Assembly (NCBI GenBank): GCA_965217895.1
Contig: CBDCJV010000002.1
Coordinates: forward strand, 672,001-736,000
Direction: 5' to 3'
Source of the DNA: Waterburya sp.
GTDB taxonomy: Bacteria; Cyanobacteriota; Cyanobacteriia; Cyanobacteriales; Xenococcaceae
DNA length: 64,000 nt
Positions 9,184 to 19,610 of this stretch are shown one piece after another. Position numbers and translations under genes: made by a program. The notes beneath the pieces are model-generated. The model was not told where the DNA came from, did no database searches, and worked only from the letters and a program-made list of their open reading frames with translations. Position 1 is the stretch's first letter; every line of letters starts with the position of its first letter.

Positions 9184-9287
9184 ATGATAGACAAGTCTAG
9201 TTAACCGTTCGTAGGTAATAAGTAATAGGTAATAGGTAATAGGTAATAGGTAATCAGTGTCCTAACTGTTGTTTGAATCTAAGCTAT
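9165..9287. repeat. MITE-like element containing a (TAGGTAA)6 heptamer array
   Basis: Ends ATAGC...AGACA and TGTCCTAAC...GCTAT; heptamers at 9212-9253 (one unit TAAGTAA). Confidence 0.6.
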
Positions 9288-9642
9288 TAGGCAAAAGCCA
9301 TTTTATCAGCTTGGCTACTAGCCAACCAGAAATTAAACCTATAACGTTAGCTAGCAAATCTTGAAATTCGCGGTAGCGGTTGACATATGGTTGCAACAAC
9401 TCAATAACGCCACTCTAACAAACGAAAAAAACGCCAATTATGAGCCAATATTTAGGTTTCCTTAACGCCGTAGGCAACATTAATACTCCATAAGCAATAA
9501 AATGGTGAATCTTATCACTACCAGGTACAGCAGGCAGTTGTGATAGTGGTCGAAGAGATAAAACAGTGATGAGGCTCAGGATTAAAAGCGTGGTAGATAT
9601 CCAGTATCTTCTAATAAAGTTTAATAGTGCAATCATTAGCAA
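9262..9642 (-). pseudogene. VanZ-like membrane protein with an internal amber stop at 9415-9417
   Basis: DKIHHFIAYG before the stop; in-frame continuation SGVIELLQPYVNR..DLLAN after it. Confidence 0.8.
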
Positions 9643-9772
9643 TAAACTCGGAATCTAATTTAAACAAGTTTCAAGAGTAACATTCGGACTGCTAGAGACA
9701 GTCTATTAATACTTTTTCTGTTGGATTTTGTCAGGGTTCATTTTTGATAGATAATTACAGTAACAACTGCTT

Positions 9773-9796
9773 TAACTGCTCTAACTGCTCTAACTA
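9773..9796. repeat. 9-bp tandem repeat (AACTGCTCT-like, about 3 copies)
   Basis: aactgctttaactgctctaactgctctaact. Confidence 0.6.
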
Positions 9797-9805
9797 TATA
9801 CTTTC

Positions 9806-11011
9806 ATGACCACTACACCTCTTACCTGGCAACAGCTATCAGAACTTACAGATTTCAAGCTAGATACGGTTAACGGCTTGACTAATTCTCAAGCTACCCT
9901 GCGTCTATTTGGTCAGACAGAAGCGGATATTCGCGTCACTTTATATCGGGATAATCATGCCTGGTGTCCTTACTGCCAAAAGATTTGGCTGTGGCTAGAA
10001 GAAAAGCGCATACCTTACCGCATCAAAAAGGTAACTATGTTTTGTTATGGCAAAAAAGAAAGCTGGTATAAACAGCGAGTACCATCGGGAATGTTACCTG
10101 CTCTTGAACTAGACGGACAAATGATTACCGAAAGCGATGATATTCTAATTGCTTTAGAACAAGCTTTTGGAGTTTTGTATTTGGGTATGCAAGATCCAAA
10201 GGTGTTGCCGTTAAGACGTTTGGAAAGATTATTATTTAGAGCCTGGTGTAGTTGGCTATGTCAGCGAGCTATATTTCCTGGACAAGAAAAAAACAGCCGT
10301 CAACAATTTATTGAAGCAATTGGTCTAGTAGAGGAAGCTCTAGCCAACACTCCATCTCCATACTTTTTAGCAGAGTTTAGTACTGCCGACGTAATTTTTA
10401 CTCCTTATGTAGAAAGAATGAATGCCAGTCTTTACTACTATAAAGGCTATTCCATCAGAGATGAAAATCCGCGTATGTCTGCGTGGTTTGAGGCAATGGA
10501 AAGCCGAACTACCTACCGTGGTACGCAAAGTGATTTTCATACCCATGTTCATGACCTACCGCCACAGATGGGAGGATGTTATGCTAACGGTGAACTGCAA
10601 ACTCTGCTTAACCAAGAAAAAGTAGACCGTGGTTCTTGGTTTGGACTACCTGATGTGACTTACTCTGAACCTGAAACTTCAAGGGCTGAAGCTTTGCAAC
10701 GAGTAATCAAACATCGTCATAATATTCTCAAAGTCAATCCTGCTGACGATCTCCTGTTTGATGAGGCTCTGCGATGTGCTTTGACCAACATGATGACAGG
10801 GACAACCTGCACTCCACCTTTAGGCTCGGATCTAGCTTTAAGATACCTAAGAGATAGAATCAATGTCCCTAGAGATATGTCTATCTATGCTGCCAAAAGA
10901 CTGCGAGAAGCATTAGAAAGTACCGCTGCCTTAGTAGGCGATCGCCAGTCAGACCCCCTTCCCGTTAAGCATCGTTACGATCAAAACCCTGTTAATTTTG
11001 CTTTTAGCTAA
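9806..11011 (+). CDS. Glutathione S-transferase family protein
   Basis: WCPYCQK, PSGMLPA, ITESDDI. Confidence 0.92.
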   Translation: MTTTPLTWQQLSELTDFKLDTVNGLTNSQATLRLFGQTEADIRVTLYRDNHAWCPYCQKIWLWLEEKRIPYRIKKVTMFCYGKKESWYKQRVPSGMLPALELDGQMITESDDILIALEQAFGVLYLGMQDPKVLPLRRLERLLFRAWCSWLCQRAIFPGQEKNSRQQFIEAIGLVEEALANTPSPYFLAEFSTADVIFTPYVERMNASLYYYKGYSIRDENPRMSAWFEAMESRTTYRGTQSDFHTHVHDLPPQMGGCYANGELQTLLNQEKVDRGSWFGLPDVTYSEPETSRAEALQRVIKHRHNILKVNPADDLLFDEALRCALTNMMTGTTCTPPLGSDLALRYLRDRINVPRDMSIYAAKRLREALESTAALVGDRQSDPLPVKHRYDQNPVNFAFS

Positions 11012-11193
11012 ATTTTGTAAGCGTGGAGAACAAATAAATAAATTTAATTTTCATACCCCTTAAAAGTCTTCTTTCTCTGACAATTTAAGCAAAAATGTAA
11101 AGAAAAGTGCCAGGATATCAGAAAAATCCAAGAGACTTTGAGACACTATAGTTTAGTTTATTGGGCGCGGAACAGAACTTGGGTTTGAACGAA

Positions 11194-12354
11194 ATGAAAC
11201 TATCAGCAAGAGTAAATCAAGTATCACCATCTCTTACCTTGGCAATTGCTGCCAAAGCTAAAGCTATGCAAGCTAAAGGCATAGATGTCTGTAGCTTTAG
11301 TGCAGGAGAACCAGATTTTCCGACACCGCAGCATATTTGCGAAGCTGCTAAAACTGCCTTGGATGAAGGCAAAACTCGCTATGGTGCTGCGGTAGGGGAG
11401 TTGAGGCTGAGAGAAGCGATCGCCAATAAACTCAAAAAAGACAATAATCTTAATTACGAAGCGGACAATATTATTGTTACCAACGGCGGCAAGTTTTCTT
11501 TGTTTAACCTGATGCAGGTGTTAATTGAGCCAGGAGATGAGGTAATTATTCCTGCACCTTATTGGTTGAGCTATCCAGAGATGGTTAAGCTGGCTGGTGG
11601 TACGCCAGTTATTGTCGAAACTTTAGCCGAGAATGATTATAAAATTACCATAGAGCAGCTAGAGCAGGCTATTACGCCCAATACTAAGCTGTTTGTGTTT
11701 AATTCGCCTTCTAACCCTACGGGGACAGTTTACGCACCCGATGAAGTTCGCGCCATAGCTAAGATAATCGTTGAGCGAGATATCTTAGTGGTTTCGGATG
11801 AGATCTACGAAAAGATTCTTTATGATGATGCTCAACATCTAAGTATTGGTTCAATAGATGAAGAAATATTTAGTCGCACCATTACCAGTAGTGGTTTTGC
11901 CAAAAGCCATTCCATGACTGGCTGGCGGGTAGGTTACGCAGCAGCACCGATAGAAATCCTCAAGGGCATGGCTAAAATTCAAGGGCATAGTACCTCTAAT
12001 GTTTGTACCTTTGCCCAATATGGCGCGATCGCAGCATTAGAATCATCTCAAGAATGTGTGCAAGAGATGCTTACAGCTTTTGCTCAACGTAGGAGCTTTA
12101 TGTATGAGGCAGTTAATGCAATTCCTGGCTTAAGCTGCCCCAAACCTTTTGGTGCATTCTATCTCTTTGTAGATATCTCCAAGACTGGTAAAAAATCCCT
12201 CGATTTTTGTAATCAGCTGTTAGAAACTAAACAGATGGCTGCTATTCCTGGTGTGGCATTTGGTATGGATGATTGTATCCGCTTTTCCTATGCTACAGAT
12301 ATGGACACGATTAAAGAGGGAATTAAAAGATTAACTGAGTTTGTTGATAGTTAA
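11194..12354 (+). CDS. aspC: PLP-dependent aspartate aminotransferase (class I)
   Basis: [35 protein letters not shown] at 11194 preferred over TTG at 11161. Confidence 0.9.
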   Translation: MKLSARVNQVSPSLTLAIAAKAKAMQAKGIDVCSFSAGEPDFPTPQHICEAAKTALDEGKTRYGAAVGELRLREAIANKLKKDNNLNYEADNIIVTNGGKFSLFNLMQVLIEPGDEVIIPAPYWLSYPEMVKLAGGTPVIVETLAENDYKITIEQLEQAITPNTKLFVFNSPSNPTGTVYAPDEVRAIAKIIVERDILVVSDEIYEKILYDDAQHLSIGSIDEEIFSRTITSSGFAKSHSMTGWRVGYAAAPIEILKGMAKIQGHSTSNVCTFAQYGAIAALESSQECVQEMLTAFAQRRSFMYEAVNAIPGLSCPKPFGAFYLFVDISKTGKKSLDFCNQLLETKQMAAIPGVAFGMDDCIRFSYATDMDTIKEGIKRLTEFVDS

Positions 12355-12370
12355 AATAGCTGGTTGATTT

Positions 12371-13255
12371 TTAAGCTTGAAATAAATTAGCTACTGCTTG
12401 CTCGATATTTTCTTGCTTGACTAAGGATTCCCCAATTAAAACTGCTTTTGCACCTGCTGCTTTAACGGTGTTTAAATCTTCTGGGGTATGTAAACCAGAT
12501 TCACTTACGACTAAAATACCCCGCTGTTCGAGCGTTTCTTTTCTAGCTGCCAAAATATCCCTAGTAGTCTGGAGGCTAACGGAAAAATCTTCTAGGTTGC
12601 GGTTATTGATCCCAATTAATTCTACCCCCTTAACTGCCAGCACTCGATCTAACTCTTCTAGAGTATGTACTTCAATTAAAGGAGTCATACCCAAAGCTTT
12701 GGTTATTTTGACAAAGTAATTCAAATCTTTATCTTCTAACACCGCAGCAATTAAGAGTATGGCATCGGCACCTTTAGCGCGAGCGAAATAGATCTGATAT
12801 GGATAAATAATAAACTCTTTGCACAACAGAGGTAAGTCTACTTCTTGTCTGATTAAATTCAAATTATCAAAGCTTCCCTGAAAGAATTTTTGATCGGTTA
12901 AGACAGATAAACAGCTTGCACCCGCTTTTTCATAAGCCTTGGCGATCGCCACTGGGTTAAAGTCTTCTCTAATTACTCCTTTAGAAGGCGAGGCTTTCTT
13001 AACTTCGGCAATTAAGGCAGGGTTGTTTTTACCGTTGCGTAAAGCAGCTAAAAAGTCTTGAGCAGGAGGAGCATCATTTACCTGCTGCTGCAACTGAATT
13101 AAAGGCAGGCGATCGCGCATCTGTTCAACTTCAACTTCTTTATGCCAAACTATCTCTTCTAAGATATTATTTGGTTCAGCATTAGGAATCTTTGATTGAT
13201 ATACCACTTCTCCTGACTTGACTTTGGGGTTAGGATTTCTACGTCTAATCTGCAT
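12371..13255 (-). CDS. trpC: Indole-3-glycerol phosphate synthase
   Basis: [29 protein letters not shown]. Confidence 0.97.
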   Translation of the reverse strand: MQIRRRNPNPKVKSGEVVYQSKIPNAEPNNILEEIVWHKEVEVEQMRDRLPLIQLQQQVNDAPPAQDFLAALRNGKNNPALIAEVKKASPSKGVIREDFNPVAIAKAYEKAGASCLSVLTDQKFFQGSFDNLNLIRQEVDLPLLCKEFIIYPYQIYFARAKGADAILLIAAVLEDKDLNYFVKITKALGMTPLIEVHTLEELDRVLAVKGVELIGINNRNLEDFSVSLQTTRDILAARKETLEQRGILVVSESGLHTPEDLNTVKAAGAKAVLIGESLVKQENIEQAVANLFQA

Positions 13256-13587
13256 TATCTAATTGTTACTGGAATAATCAATCTTTTATCTTAGGTTAAA
13301 ACAGTCCAAGATAAATCAAACTATAGTGGTTTTCATTCATTCTAAGAGAACATCTAAAAAGCTGTTTTTTTCAAAAAATCAAAATGATATTCGTTAATAG
13401 CTAAGGGAATAATGAGGTTTTCAAGTCTGGCGATCGCTAGATGATTTGCTTAGATCTTAATGCAGGTTTCTCAAGAAATTCTTGTGAATTTTAAATGTTT
13501 TGCAATTTAATTAAAAGTAGAATATGATTATTTTCAAATTTAGAAAACAAAGTTACTGGAGTTGTCTTAGAGATAAATCTAAAAATT

Positions 13588-15378
13588 ATGACTATTTTTC
13601 TCATGTTAGGTGTAGTTGTTGTAGCTTTAATCTGTTTTATTACTGAATTGCTACCTGTGGATATTACTGCTTTGTGTGTAGCGGTAGTATTAATTGTTTT
13701 AGGGCTAGTTACTCCCGATGAAGGCATAGCTGGGTTTGGTAACTCTGCCACAATTACCGTCATGGCAATGTTTATTCTCAGTGCAGGAATTAGTCGTACT
13801 GGAGTAATTCAAGTTTTTCGCGATTTACTCCTTAAGTGGGGTGGCAAAAGTATTACTCGCCAGATCTTAGTTATGGGATTACTTGTCGGTCCCATTTCTG
13901 GGTTTATTAATAACACGGCGGTAGTAGCAATATTTCTGCCGATTGTAGAAGAATGGTGCAGAAAGCGAGGTATATCTCCTTCTAAGCTTTTAATCCCACT
14001 GTCTTTTGTCACTATTTTAGGAGGCATGATTACCCTTATTGGTACATCGACTAATATTCTTGCCAGCGGTATTTCTAAAGATTTGGGATACGGAGAATTT
14101 CGTCTGTTCCAGTTTACGGGGTTGGGTATTATTACTTTTTTAGTTGGTTTGGCTTATTTAGCGTTTATTGCTCCCCGTCTATTGCCTAACCGTAAAAATC
14201 CTGCTAGTGATTTAGTTAGTGAGGGCTATGGCTTAGAAGATTATGTTACCGAAGTTGTCGTTACCCCTAGTTCAAAATTAATTGGCAGTACCTTTCGCTC
14301 AGCGCAACTACAGCGCAATTCTCAGGTAGATGTATTAGAAATTATCAGGGACAAAGAGCGTTTACCTCAACCTGTTACAAGCCGAATCATTCGTGCCGAG
14401 GATATTCTCTTGGTGCGGGGAAAAACAGAAAATGTATTACAAATTAAAACAGAGCAAGGATTAGATATTTTACCTGATGTTAAATTCAACCAAAAAAACC
14501 TGGAAACCGAACTAAGTTCAACTGATGAAGGTATTGCTGAGGTTTTAATCTTATCCAACTCTCGTTTAATTGGGACAACCCTCAATGACTTGCGTTTTCG
14601 TCAACGTTATAACCTAACAGTATTAGCTATTCGTCGGGGAGAGGAACTAATTAGAGATAGATTAGGTAAAGTGAGTTTGCGGTTTGGTGACTTGCTGTTA
14701 GTTCAAGGAGCGAAACAAAGTTTACTGGGTTTACAAACCACAAGGGAATTATTGGTTATGGAGCAAAAAGAGCCTGAATCAATCCGTCGTGATAAAGCTT
14801 GGATTGCTATAGGCATTGTCCTTGGAGTTATCCTGCTAGCTGCGTTTGACGTATTGCCAATCTTAGTTAGTGCTTTAGTTGGGGTAGTGCTGATGATTAT
14901 TACGGGCTGTCTTAAGCCTGGAGAACTTTATGGCGCAGTGCGTTGGGACGTAATTTTTCTCTTGGCAGGATTAATTCCTTTAGGTACGGCGATGGAAAAC
15001 TCTGGCGCAACTAAATGGCTGGCAGATAATATTTTGGCTGTTGGTGGCAACTTAAGCGGCTACTGGATATTACTGTTTTTCTTTGTAATTACTTCTTTGA
15101 TCACAGAGATACTTTCCAACAATGCTTCGGTGGTGCTGTTGATTCCTATTGCTGCCAAAGTAGCTGAATCACTCAACCTCAATCCTATCGCTATGATGTT
15201 TGCCGTTACCTTCGCAGCTTCTAATAGCTTTATGACTCCGATCGGCTATCAGACAAATACAATGGTTTATACTCCTGGTGGTTATAAGTTTTGGGACTTT
15301 TTCCGAGTTGGCGCACCTTTAAACTTAATTATGGCAATTGTCACGCCTTTACTAATCATGTCGTTATACGGACTGTAA
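13588..15378 (+). CDS. SLC13 family permease with two TrkA-C (RCK_C) domains
   Basis: FINNT, TLIGTSTN, SNNAS, TPIGYQTN; central soluble TrkA-C repeats. Confidence 0.92.
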   Translation: MTIFLMLGVVVVALICFITELLPVDITALCVAVVLIVLGLVTPDEGIAGFGNSATITVMAMFILSAGISRTGVIQVFRDLLLKWGGKSITRQILVMGLLVGPISGFINNTAVVAIFLPIVEEWCRKRGISPSKLLIPLSFVTILGGMITLIGTSTNILASGISKDLGYGEFRLFQFTGLGIITFLVGLAYLAFIAPRLLPNRKNPASDLVSEGYGLEDYVTEVVVTPSSKLIGSTFRSAQLQRNSQVDVLEIIRDKERLPQPVTSRIIRAEDILLVRGKTENVLQIKTEQGLDILPDVKFNQKNLETELSSTDEGIAEVLILSNSRLIGTTLNDLRFRQRYNLTVLAIRRGEELIRDRLGKVSLRFGDLLLVQGAKQSLLGLQTTRELLVMEQKEPESIRRDKAWIAIGIVLGVILLAAFDVLPILVSALVGVVLMIITGCLKPGELYGAVRWDVIFLLAGLIPLGTAMENSGATKWLADNILAVGGNLSGYWILLFFFVITSLITEILSNNASVVLLIPIAAKVAESLNLNPIAMMFAVTFAASNSFMTPIGYQTNTMVYTPGGYKFWDFFRVGAPLNLIMAIVTPLLIMSLYGL

Positions 15379-15483
15379 TTAGGTGATGTCTGCTTCAAAG
15401 ACTTGTCAAAATTGACATATTGTTGGCACAACATATTCATATTAATTGTTTATCTTGATCGAGAACAAAAACCAGAGTTGCCA

Positions 15484-15612
15484 GTCAGCCTAGTTCTGTA
15501 GTCACATACAGAAGCGGGGGAACCAATTTCGGGGCTTATTTCTACGGTAAATAGAAAGGGACATCTCTCAGTCCCAGCCCGTCAGCTAACCTCGTCGGCA
15601 TTGAGAGGAGAT
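15484..15612 (+). ncRNA. c-di-AMP riboswitch (ydaO/yuaA class)
   Basis: Diagnostic segments GCGGGGGAACC...GGGG...AGGG...CCCAGCCCGTCAGCTAACCTCGTCGGC; boundaries approximate. Confidence 0.88.
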
Positions 15613-15780
15613 TGAAGATAGCAATATTTATAATTAGTATTGTTTTCATCACGATCCTTAGTTACCAACTGCTCTCTACATCTAGCTGCGATTTGCGTAG
15701 CATAGCCGAAGGTATCGCCCTTACTTATTTAAAATTGGCGATCGCCTTCAGATAACCAGTTACCAAGGAGACTTATAATT

Positions 15781-16008
15781 ATGTTTAAAATTGACGACCT
15801 TGTTCAACACAAAACCACAGGGAAAATTGGCAAAATAGTCGGTTATGGATGTCGAGAGTGCGATCGCATCTATTTTATGACATTAAAAGTCAAACCTTCA
15901 AAAGGACATTATTTTAAACCACCCATTGAAGACATCATGAGTGAATGGCGTTTTATTCGTGACTGTCCTCAGTCCTCAGCTACTTGCTCAAAGTTTAGGA
16001 CAGCATAA
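15781..16008 (+). CDS. Small SH3-like hypothetical protein (paralog 1)
   Basis: AAGGAG RBS; FKIDDLVQH..TGKIGKIVGYG...TLKV. Confidence 0.8.
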   Translation: MFKIDDLVQHKTTGKIGKIVGYGCRECDRIYFMTLKVKPSKGHYFKPPIEDIMSEWRFIRDCPQSSATCSKFRTA

Positions 16009-16115
16009 TCGCGTTGCCTAGAACTAAATTACAGCTACAAGCAATTGTTACTCTTTTTCACAGCAAATATTATTCATTGCAGATCATAATTTTATCTAAG
16101 GAAAATTAACAGCTT

Positions 16116-16373
16116 ATGGTTATAGAAATTGGAGATATTGTTCAACACAGAGCAACTAGTCTTAAAGGCAAAGTAATCGGTTATGGATATCGCCAAGTTG
16201 CCGATAGTTGTTATTTGACCACTCTCAAGGTTGAGCTTCGATCTTATAGTTCTTGCCCTATTCAACCCATAGCAGAAGATTTGTTCGATCAATGGCAAGT
16301 AGATAGACGAATACAAACATTAGCCTGCACTTTGCCTCGTTTTCCTAAAGGTACCTTGTGTGAAGTTGCTTGA
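16116..16373 (+). CDS. Small SH3-like hypothetical protein (paralog 2)
   Basis: IEIGDIVQH..T..KGKVIGYG...TLKV; aligns with paralog 1. Confidence 0.8.
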   Translation: MVIEIGDIVQHRATSLKGKVIGYGYRQVADSCYLTTLKVELRSYSSCPIQPIAEDLFDQWQVDRRIQTLACTLPRFPKGTLCEVA

Positions 16374-16465
16374 AACAAAGCGATTTTTCACGGCAAATAA
16401 TTTTTAAATAGCTGGTCAATTAAAATCTTTGTTTAGTTGGCAAGTCATACCTAACTCAATTTTGA

Positions 16466-16498
16466 GACAGTCAGTATTTTATCTGACTGCCTTTTTTT
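16466..16498 (+). terminator. Rho-independent terminator
   Basis: CAGTCAG-tattttat-CTGACTG followed by CC and T7. Confidence 0.7.
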
Positions 16499-16524
16499 AG
16501 CGAAGTTATCGCTCGGGAATAATC

Positions 16525-17874
16525 ATGGAAACAACCGCTACCAATTTGCCATCGATAGTGGCAGCCGTTACTTTTGCGACTGTAACTATAGCCATCTTGA
16601 CGGAACGATTACATTTAACTGTTGCTGCATTTTTAGGGGCGTTAGTTTTAATCTTCGCCCACGTCATGACCCTCAATCAGGCGATTGAATATATCAGCCA
16701 GAGTTATGCCACTTTAGCTTTGTTTTTGGGGGTAATGATTCTAGTTAGAGTTTTTGAACCCACAAATATTTTTGCCTATTTAGCCACACAGATGGTGGTA
16801 TTAGCCAAGGGAGATGGTAAACGTCTGGTACTAGGGGTAATTGCCATTACTACACCTATTTGTGCGGTATTACCCAATGCCACTACCGTCATGCTGCTTG
16901 CTCCTCTGATTCCACCTATTGCCCAGGAAATTGGCGTAGATTTTGTACCTTTGCTAATTTTGATGGTTTTTGTGGCAAATAGCGCAGGATTATTAACTTT
17001 GGTGGGCGATCCTGCTACTTTTATTGTGGGAGATGCAGTTAACTTAAGCTTCAATGACTATTTGATGAGGTTGAGTTTGGGTGGCGCGATCGCTGTTGGC
17101 TCAATTTTAATTATGGCTCCCTTTTTGTTCCGTAGTATCTGGAACAAGAAATTGGCAGACATGAATACTTTGCCTCATCCTAAAATTAATCATCCTAGGG
17201 TATTAATGTTGGGGGGATTGCTAATTGTTGTAGTGCTAACTTTTTTTGTGATTGGCGATTCTTTACCAACGCCGATCCCTCCAGCAGCCGTGGCTTTGTT
17301 GGGGGCAGCAGTGGCTTTATTCCTTGCCGATCAAAGCAAAATTGATACAGTCAACAACATTCTCAAGGACATTGACTGGAGTACTTTGTTGTTTTTCATG
17401 TCTACTTTTGTGCTAATTGGCGGACTAGAAAAAACAGGAGTTTTAGACAGCATATCCAGCTTATTGGCAATTATCTTGGGTAAAAATATTGCCTTGGGTT
17501 CCATTGTCTTACTAGTCTTGGTGGGTCTATTATCTAGTATCGTGCCGAATATTCCTTTGGTAGTGGCGATGGTTCCTCTACTCAAGCAATATTTAGTTAA
17601 TGTCGGTTTAGTTGGGGCAGAAGTATTAAGCCCCAATTTTACAGGACAATTACCTCCAGAAGTTTTGCCCTTATTCTATGCCATGATGTTTGGGGCGACA
17701 CTTGGGGGTAACGGTACTTTAATGGGTGCATCTTCTAATATTGTGGCAGCAGGGGTGGCAGAACAACACGGTAGGAGTATATCTTTTAGCAAGTTTTTAA
17801 AATATGGTATTCCTGTAATGTTAGTACAGCTTGTTGTTGCTGCTTTATTTATTGCCGTTGCTTTTCTCTTTTAA
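16525..17874 (+). CDS. ArsB/NhaD-family ion transporter
   Basis: TLVGDP, IDWSTLLFF, GATLGGNGTLMGASSN; many TM helices. Confidence 0.9.
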   Translation: METTATNLPSIVAAVTFATVTIAILTERLHLTVAAFLGALVLIFAHVMTLNQAIEYISQSYATLALFLGVMILVRVFEPTNIFAYLATQMVVLAKGDGKRLVLGVIAITTPICAVLPNATTVMLLAPLIPPIAQEIGVDFVPLLILMVFVANSAGLLTLVGDPATFIVGDAVNLSFNDYLMRLSLGGAIAVGSILIMAPFLFRSIWNKKLADMNTLPHPKINHPRVLMLGGLLIVVVLTFFVIGDSLPTPIPPAAVALLGAAVALFLADQSKIDTVNNILKDIDWSTLLFFMSTFVLIGGLEKTGVLDSISSLLAIILGKNIALGSIVLLVLVGLLSSIVPNIPLVVAMVPLLKQYLVNVGLVGAEVLSPNFTGQLPPEVLPLFYAMMFGATLGGNGTLMGASSNIVAAGVAEQHGRSISFSKFLKYGIPVMLVQLVVAALFIAVAFLF

Positions 17875-17913
17875 AGAAAATAGGTAAATACTTCTGACTA
17901 AACACTGCTTTCC

Positions 17914-19062
17914 ATGAGCGCAAAATCTTTTCGTTTATTCCATCGTCATAAAAGTTTACCTACCCAGAGTTTATTTAACTACTCTTACAATCAAGTAGGT
18001 AGTCTGCCAGGCACAATCACTGTTGCCAAGCAGGCTTCGACTCCTGAAATAAATTTAATTGACTACAACCACGATAAGCATGAGCGTCTAACCCATTTAA
18101 CTCCAGAAGAATGTGCTATTCATTTAGATACGGAATCGGTATCTTGGGTTGATGTAGGAGGATTGGGAGACAAATCAATCCTGCAAAAACTAGCTCAAAT
18201 ATTTGATTTAAATTCTTTAGTTTTAGAAAGTGTGGTTAATGTGCCTCAACGACCAAAAATAGAAGACTATCAAGAACAGTTGGTCATCATTACTCAAATG
18301 GCTAATCTTAAACCACAAGCAGCGGGATTTTGGCTCGAACAGGTAAGTTTTGTTTTAGGAAAAAATTATGTTTTGACGGTGCAGGAAGAACCAGAAAGAG
18401 ACTGTTTTGAACCAATACGCGATCGCCTAAAACGCGATCGCGGTATTATCAGAAAGCAAAACTCAGATTATTTAACCTATGCTCTTTGGGATGCCATTAT
18501 CGATGGTTATTTTCCCGTGTTAGAAGCTTACGGTGAAAAAATTGAACTATTAGAAGATGAAGTAATTGGACAGCCAAACAACCATACCTTAACCAAAATT
18601 TATCAGACTAGGCGAGAATTACTAATTTTACGTCGGGGAATTTGGTCTCAAAGAGATGCCATAAACACCCTGATAAGAGACGGTCATCCATTAATAGATG
18701 AGCGCGTGCTGATTTATTTTAAAGACTGTTACGATCACACAGTTCAAATTATTGACACGATCGAAACCTATCGAGAATTAGCTTCTGGTTTGATGGATGT
18801 TTACCTATCGGCAGTTAATAACAAAATGAATGAGGTAATGAAAACCTTAACAGTGATTTCTAGTATTTTTATTCCCTTAACCTTTATTGCGGGAATTTAT
18901 GGCATGAACTTTAATACTGATGTTTCTCCCTGGAATATGCCAGAGTTCAACTGGTATTGGGGCTATCCTTGTTGTTTGGGGATTATGGCAGCGATCGCTT
19001 TGTTTCTCATTACTTATTTTTGGCGACGGGGTTGGTTAAAAAACACTTCTACAATTCAATAG
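17914..19062 (+). CDS. corA: Magnesium/cobalt transporter CorA
   Basis: QRPKIE, MNEVMK, PLTFIAGIYGMNF. Confidence 0.96.
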   Translation: MSAKSFRLFHRHKSLPTQSLFNYSYNQVGSLPGTITVAKQASTPEINLIDYNHDKHERLTHLTPEECAIHLDTESVSWVDVGGLGDKSILQKLAQIFDLNSLVLESVVNVPQRPKIEDYQEQLVIITQMANLKPQAAGFWLEQVSFVLGKNYVLTVQEEPERDCFEPIRDRLKRDRGIIRKQNSDYLTYALWDAIIDGYFPVLEAYGEKIELLEDEVIGQPNNHTLTKIYQTRRELLILRRGIWSQRDAINTLIRDGHPLIDERVLIYFKDCYDHTVQIIDTIETYRELASGLMDVYLSAVNNKMNEVMKTLTVISSIFIPLTFIAGIYGMNFNTDVSPWNMPEFNWYWGYPCCLGIMAAIALFLITYFWRRGWLKNTSTIQ

Positions 19063-19071
19063 GTGTAATTA

Positions 19072-19563
19072 ATGATCGAAGTTCTATTGTGTTTGGTAAT
19101 CCTGTTCTATTCTTGGTTTAATTTTGGAGTGCGATCGGCAATTGCTGGACAAGTTAAATCAGAAGTCTTTCCTGGAACAATTGTCTGTTTTTCAGGTGGT
19201 AGAGAAATCTTACGCAAACAGATGGTTTCAGGACCATTTGCCGATGAGTATAAATTCGCTCACGAAGTCAAGGTAAAAGACGAGACAGGAGAACATAGTT
19301 TGAATTTCGCAGGGGGACTGTGCATCATCGATCGCAGTGTTACATTTGTCCCAAAAGGTTTGACTATGACTGATAAGTTGAGTTGCTATTCTGGAGCTTA
19401 TGACATTGTTACTTTTGAAGTTTATGGCAGAGAAACTACGGTAGATGAATATGTAGAAGGCAGAACTTTTTTGGCAAAAGCGCAAGGCGATGCTTTTAAT
19501 TCAGATTCCATACATGAATATTTAGTGTTTGGCGGTGGGTCTTGTATTGGCAACGAAATTTGA
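19072..19563 (+). CDS. Secreted hypothetical protein with two C(F/Y)SG...GGxCI repeats
   Basis: N-terminal hydrophobic signal-like segment and an internal duplication. Confidence 0.75.
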   Translation: MIEVLLCLVILFYSWFNFGVRSAIAGQVKSEVFPGTIVCFSGGREILRKQMVSGPFADEYKFAHEVKVKDETGEHSLNFAGGLCIIDRSVTFVPKGLTMTDKLSCYSGAYDIVTFEVYGRETTVDEYVEGRTFLAKAQGDAFNSDSIHEYLVFGGGSCIGNEI

Positions 19564-19610
19564 CAATATAAATAGTAGATTTATACTTTTTTATCTTATT
19601 ACTGACAAAT

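Noticed and set aside
9212..9253. CRISPR-like array
   Set aside because: Simple heptamer tandem repeat with no spacers. The same applies to 43675-43715 and 46245-46280. No cas genes.
13469..13488. Fifth copy of the direct-repeat promoter motif upstream of the SLC13 gene
   Set aside because: Half-site orientation and spacing do not match the four consistent copies.
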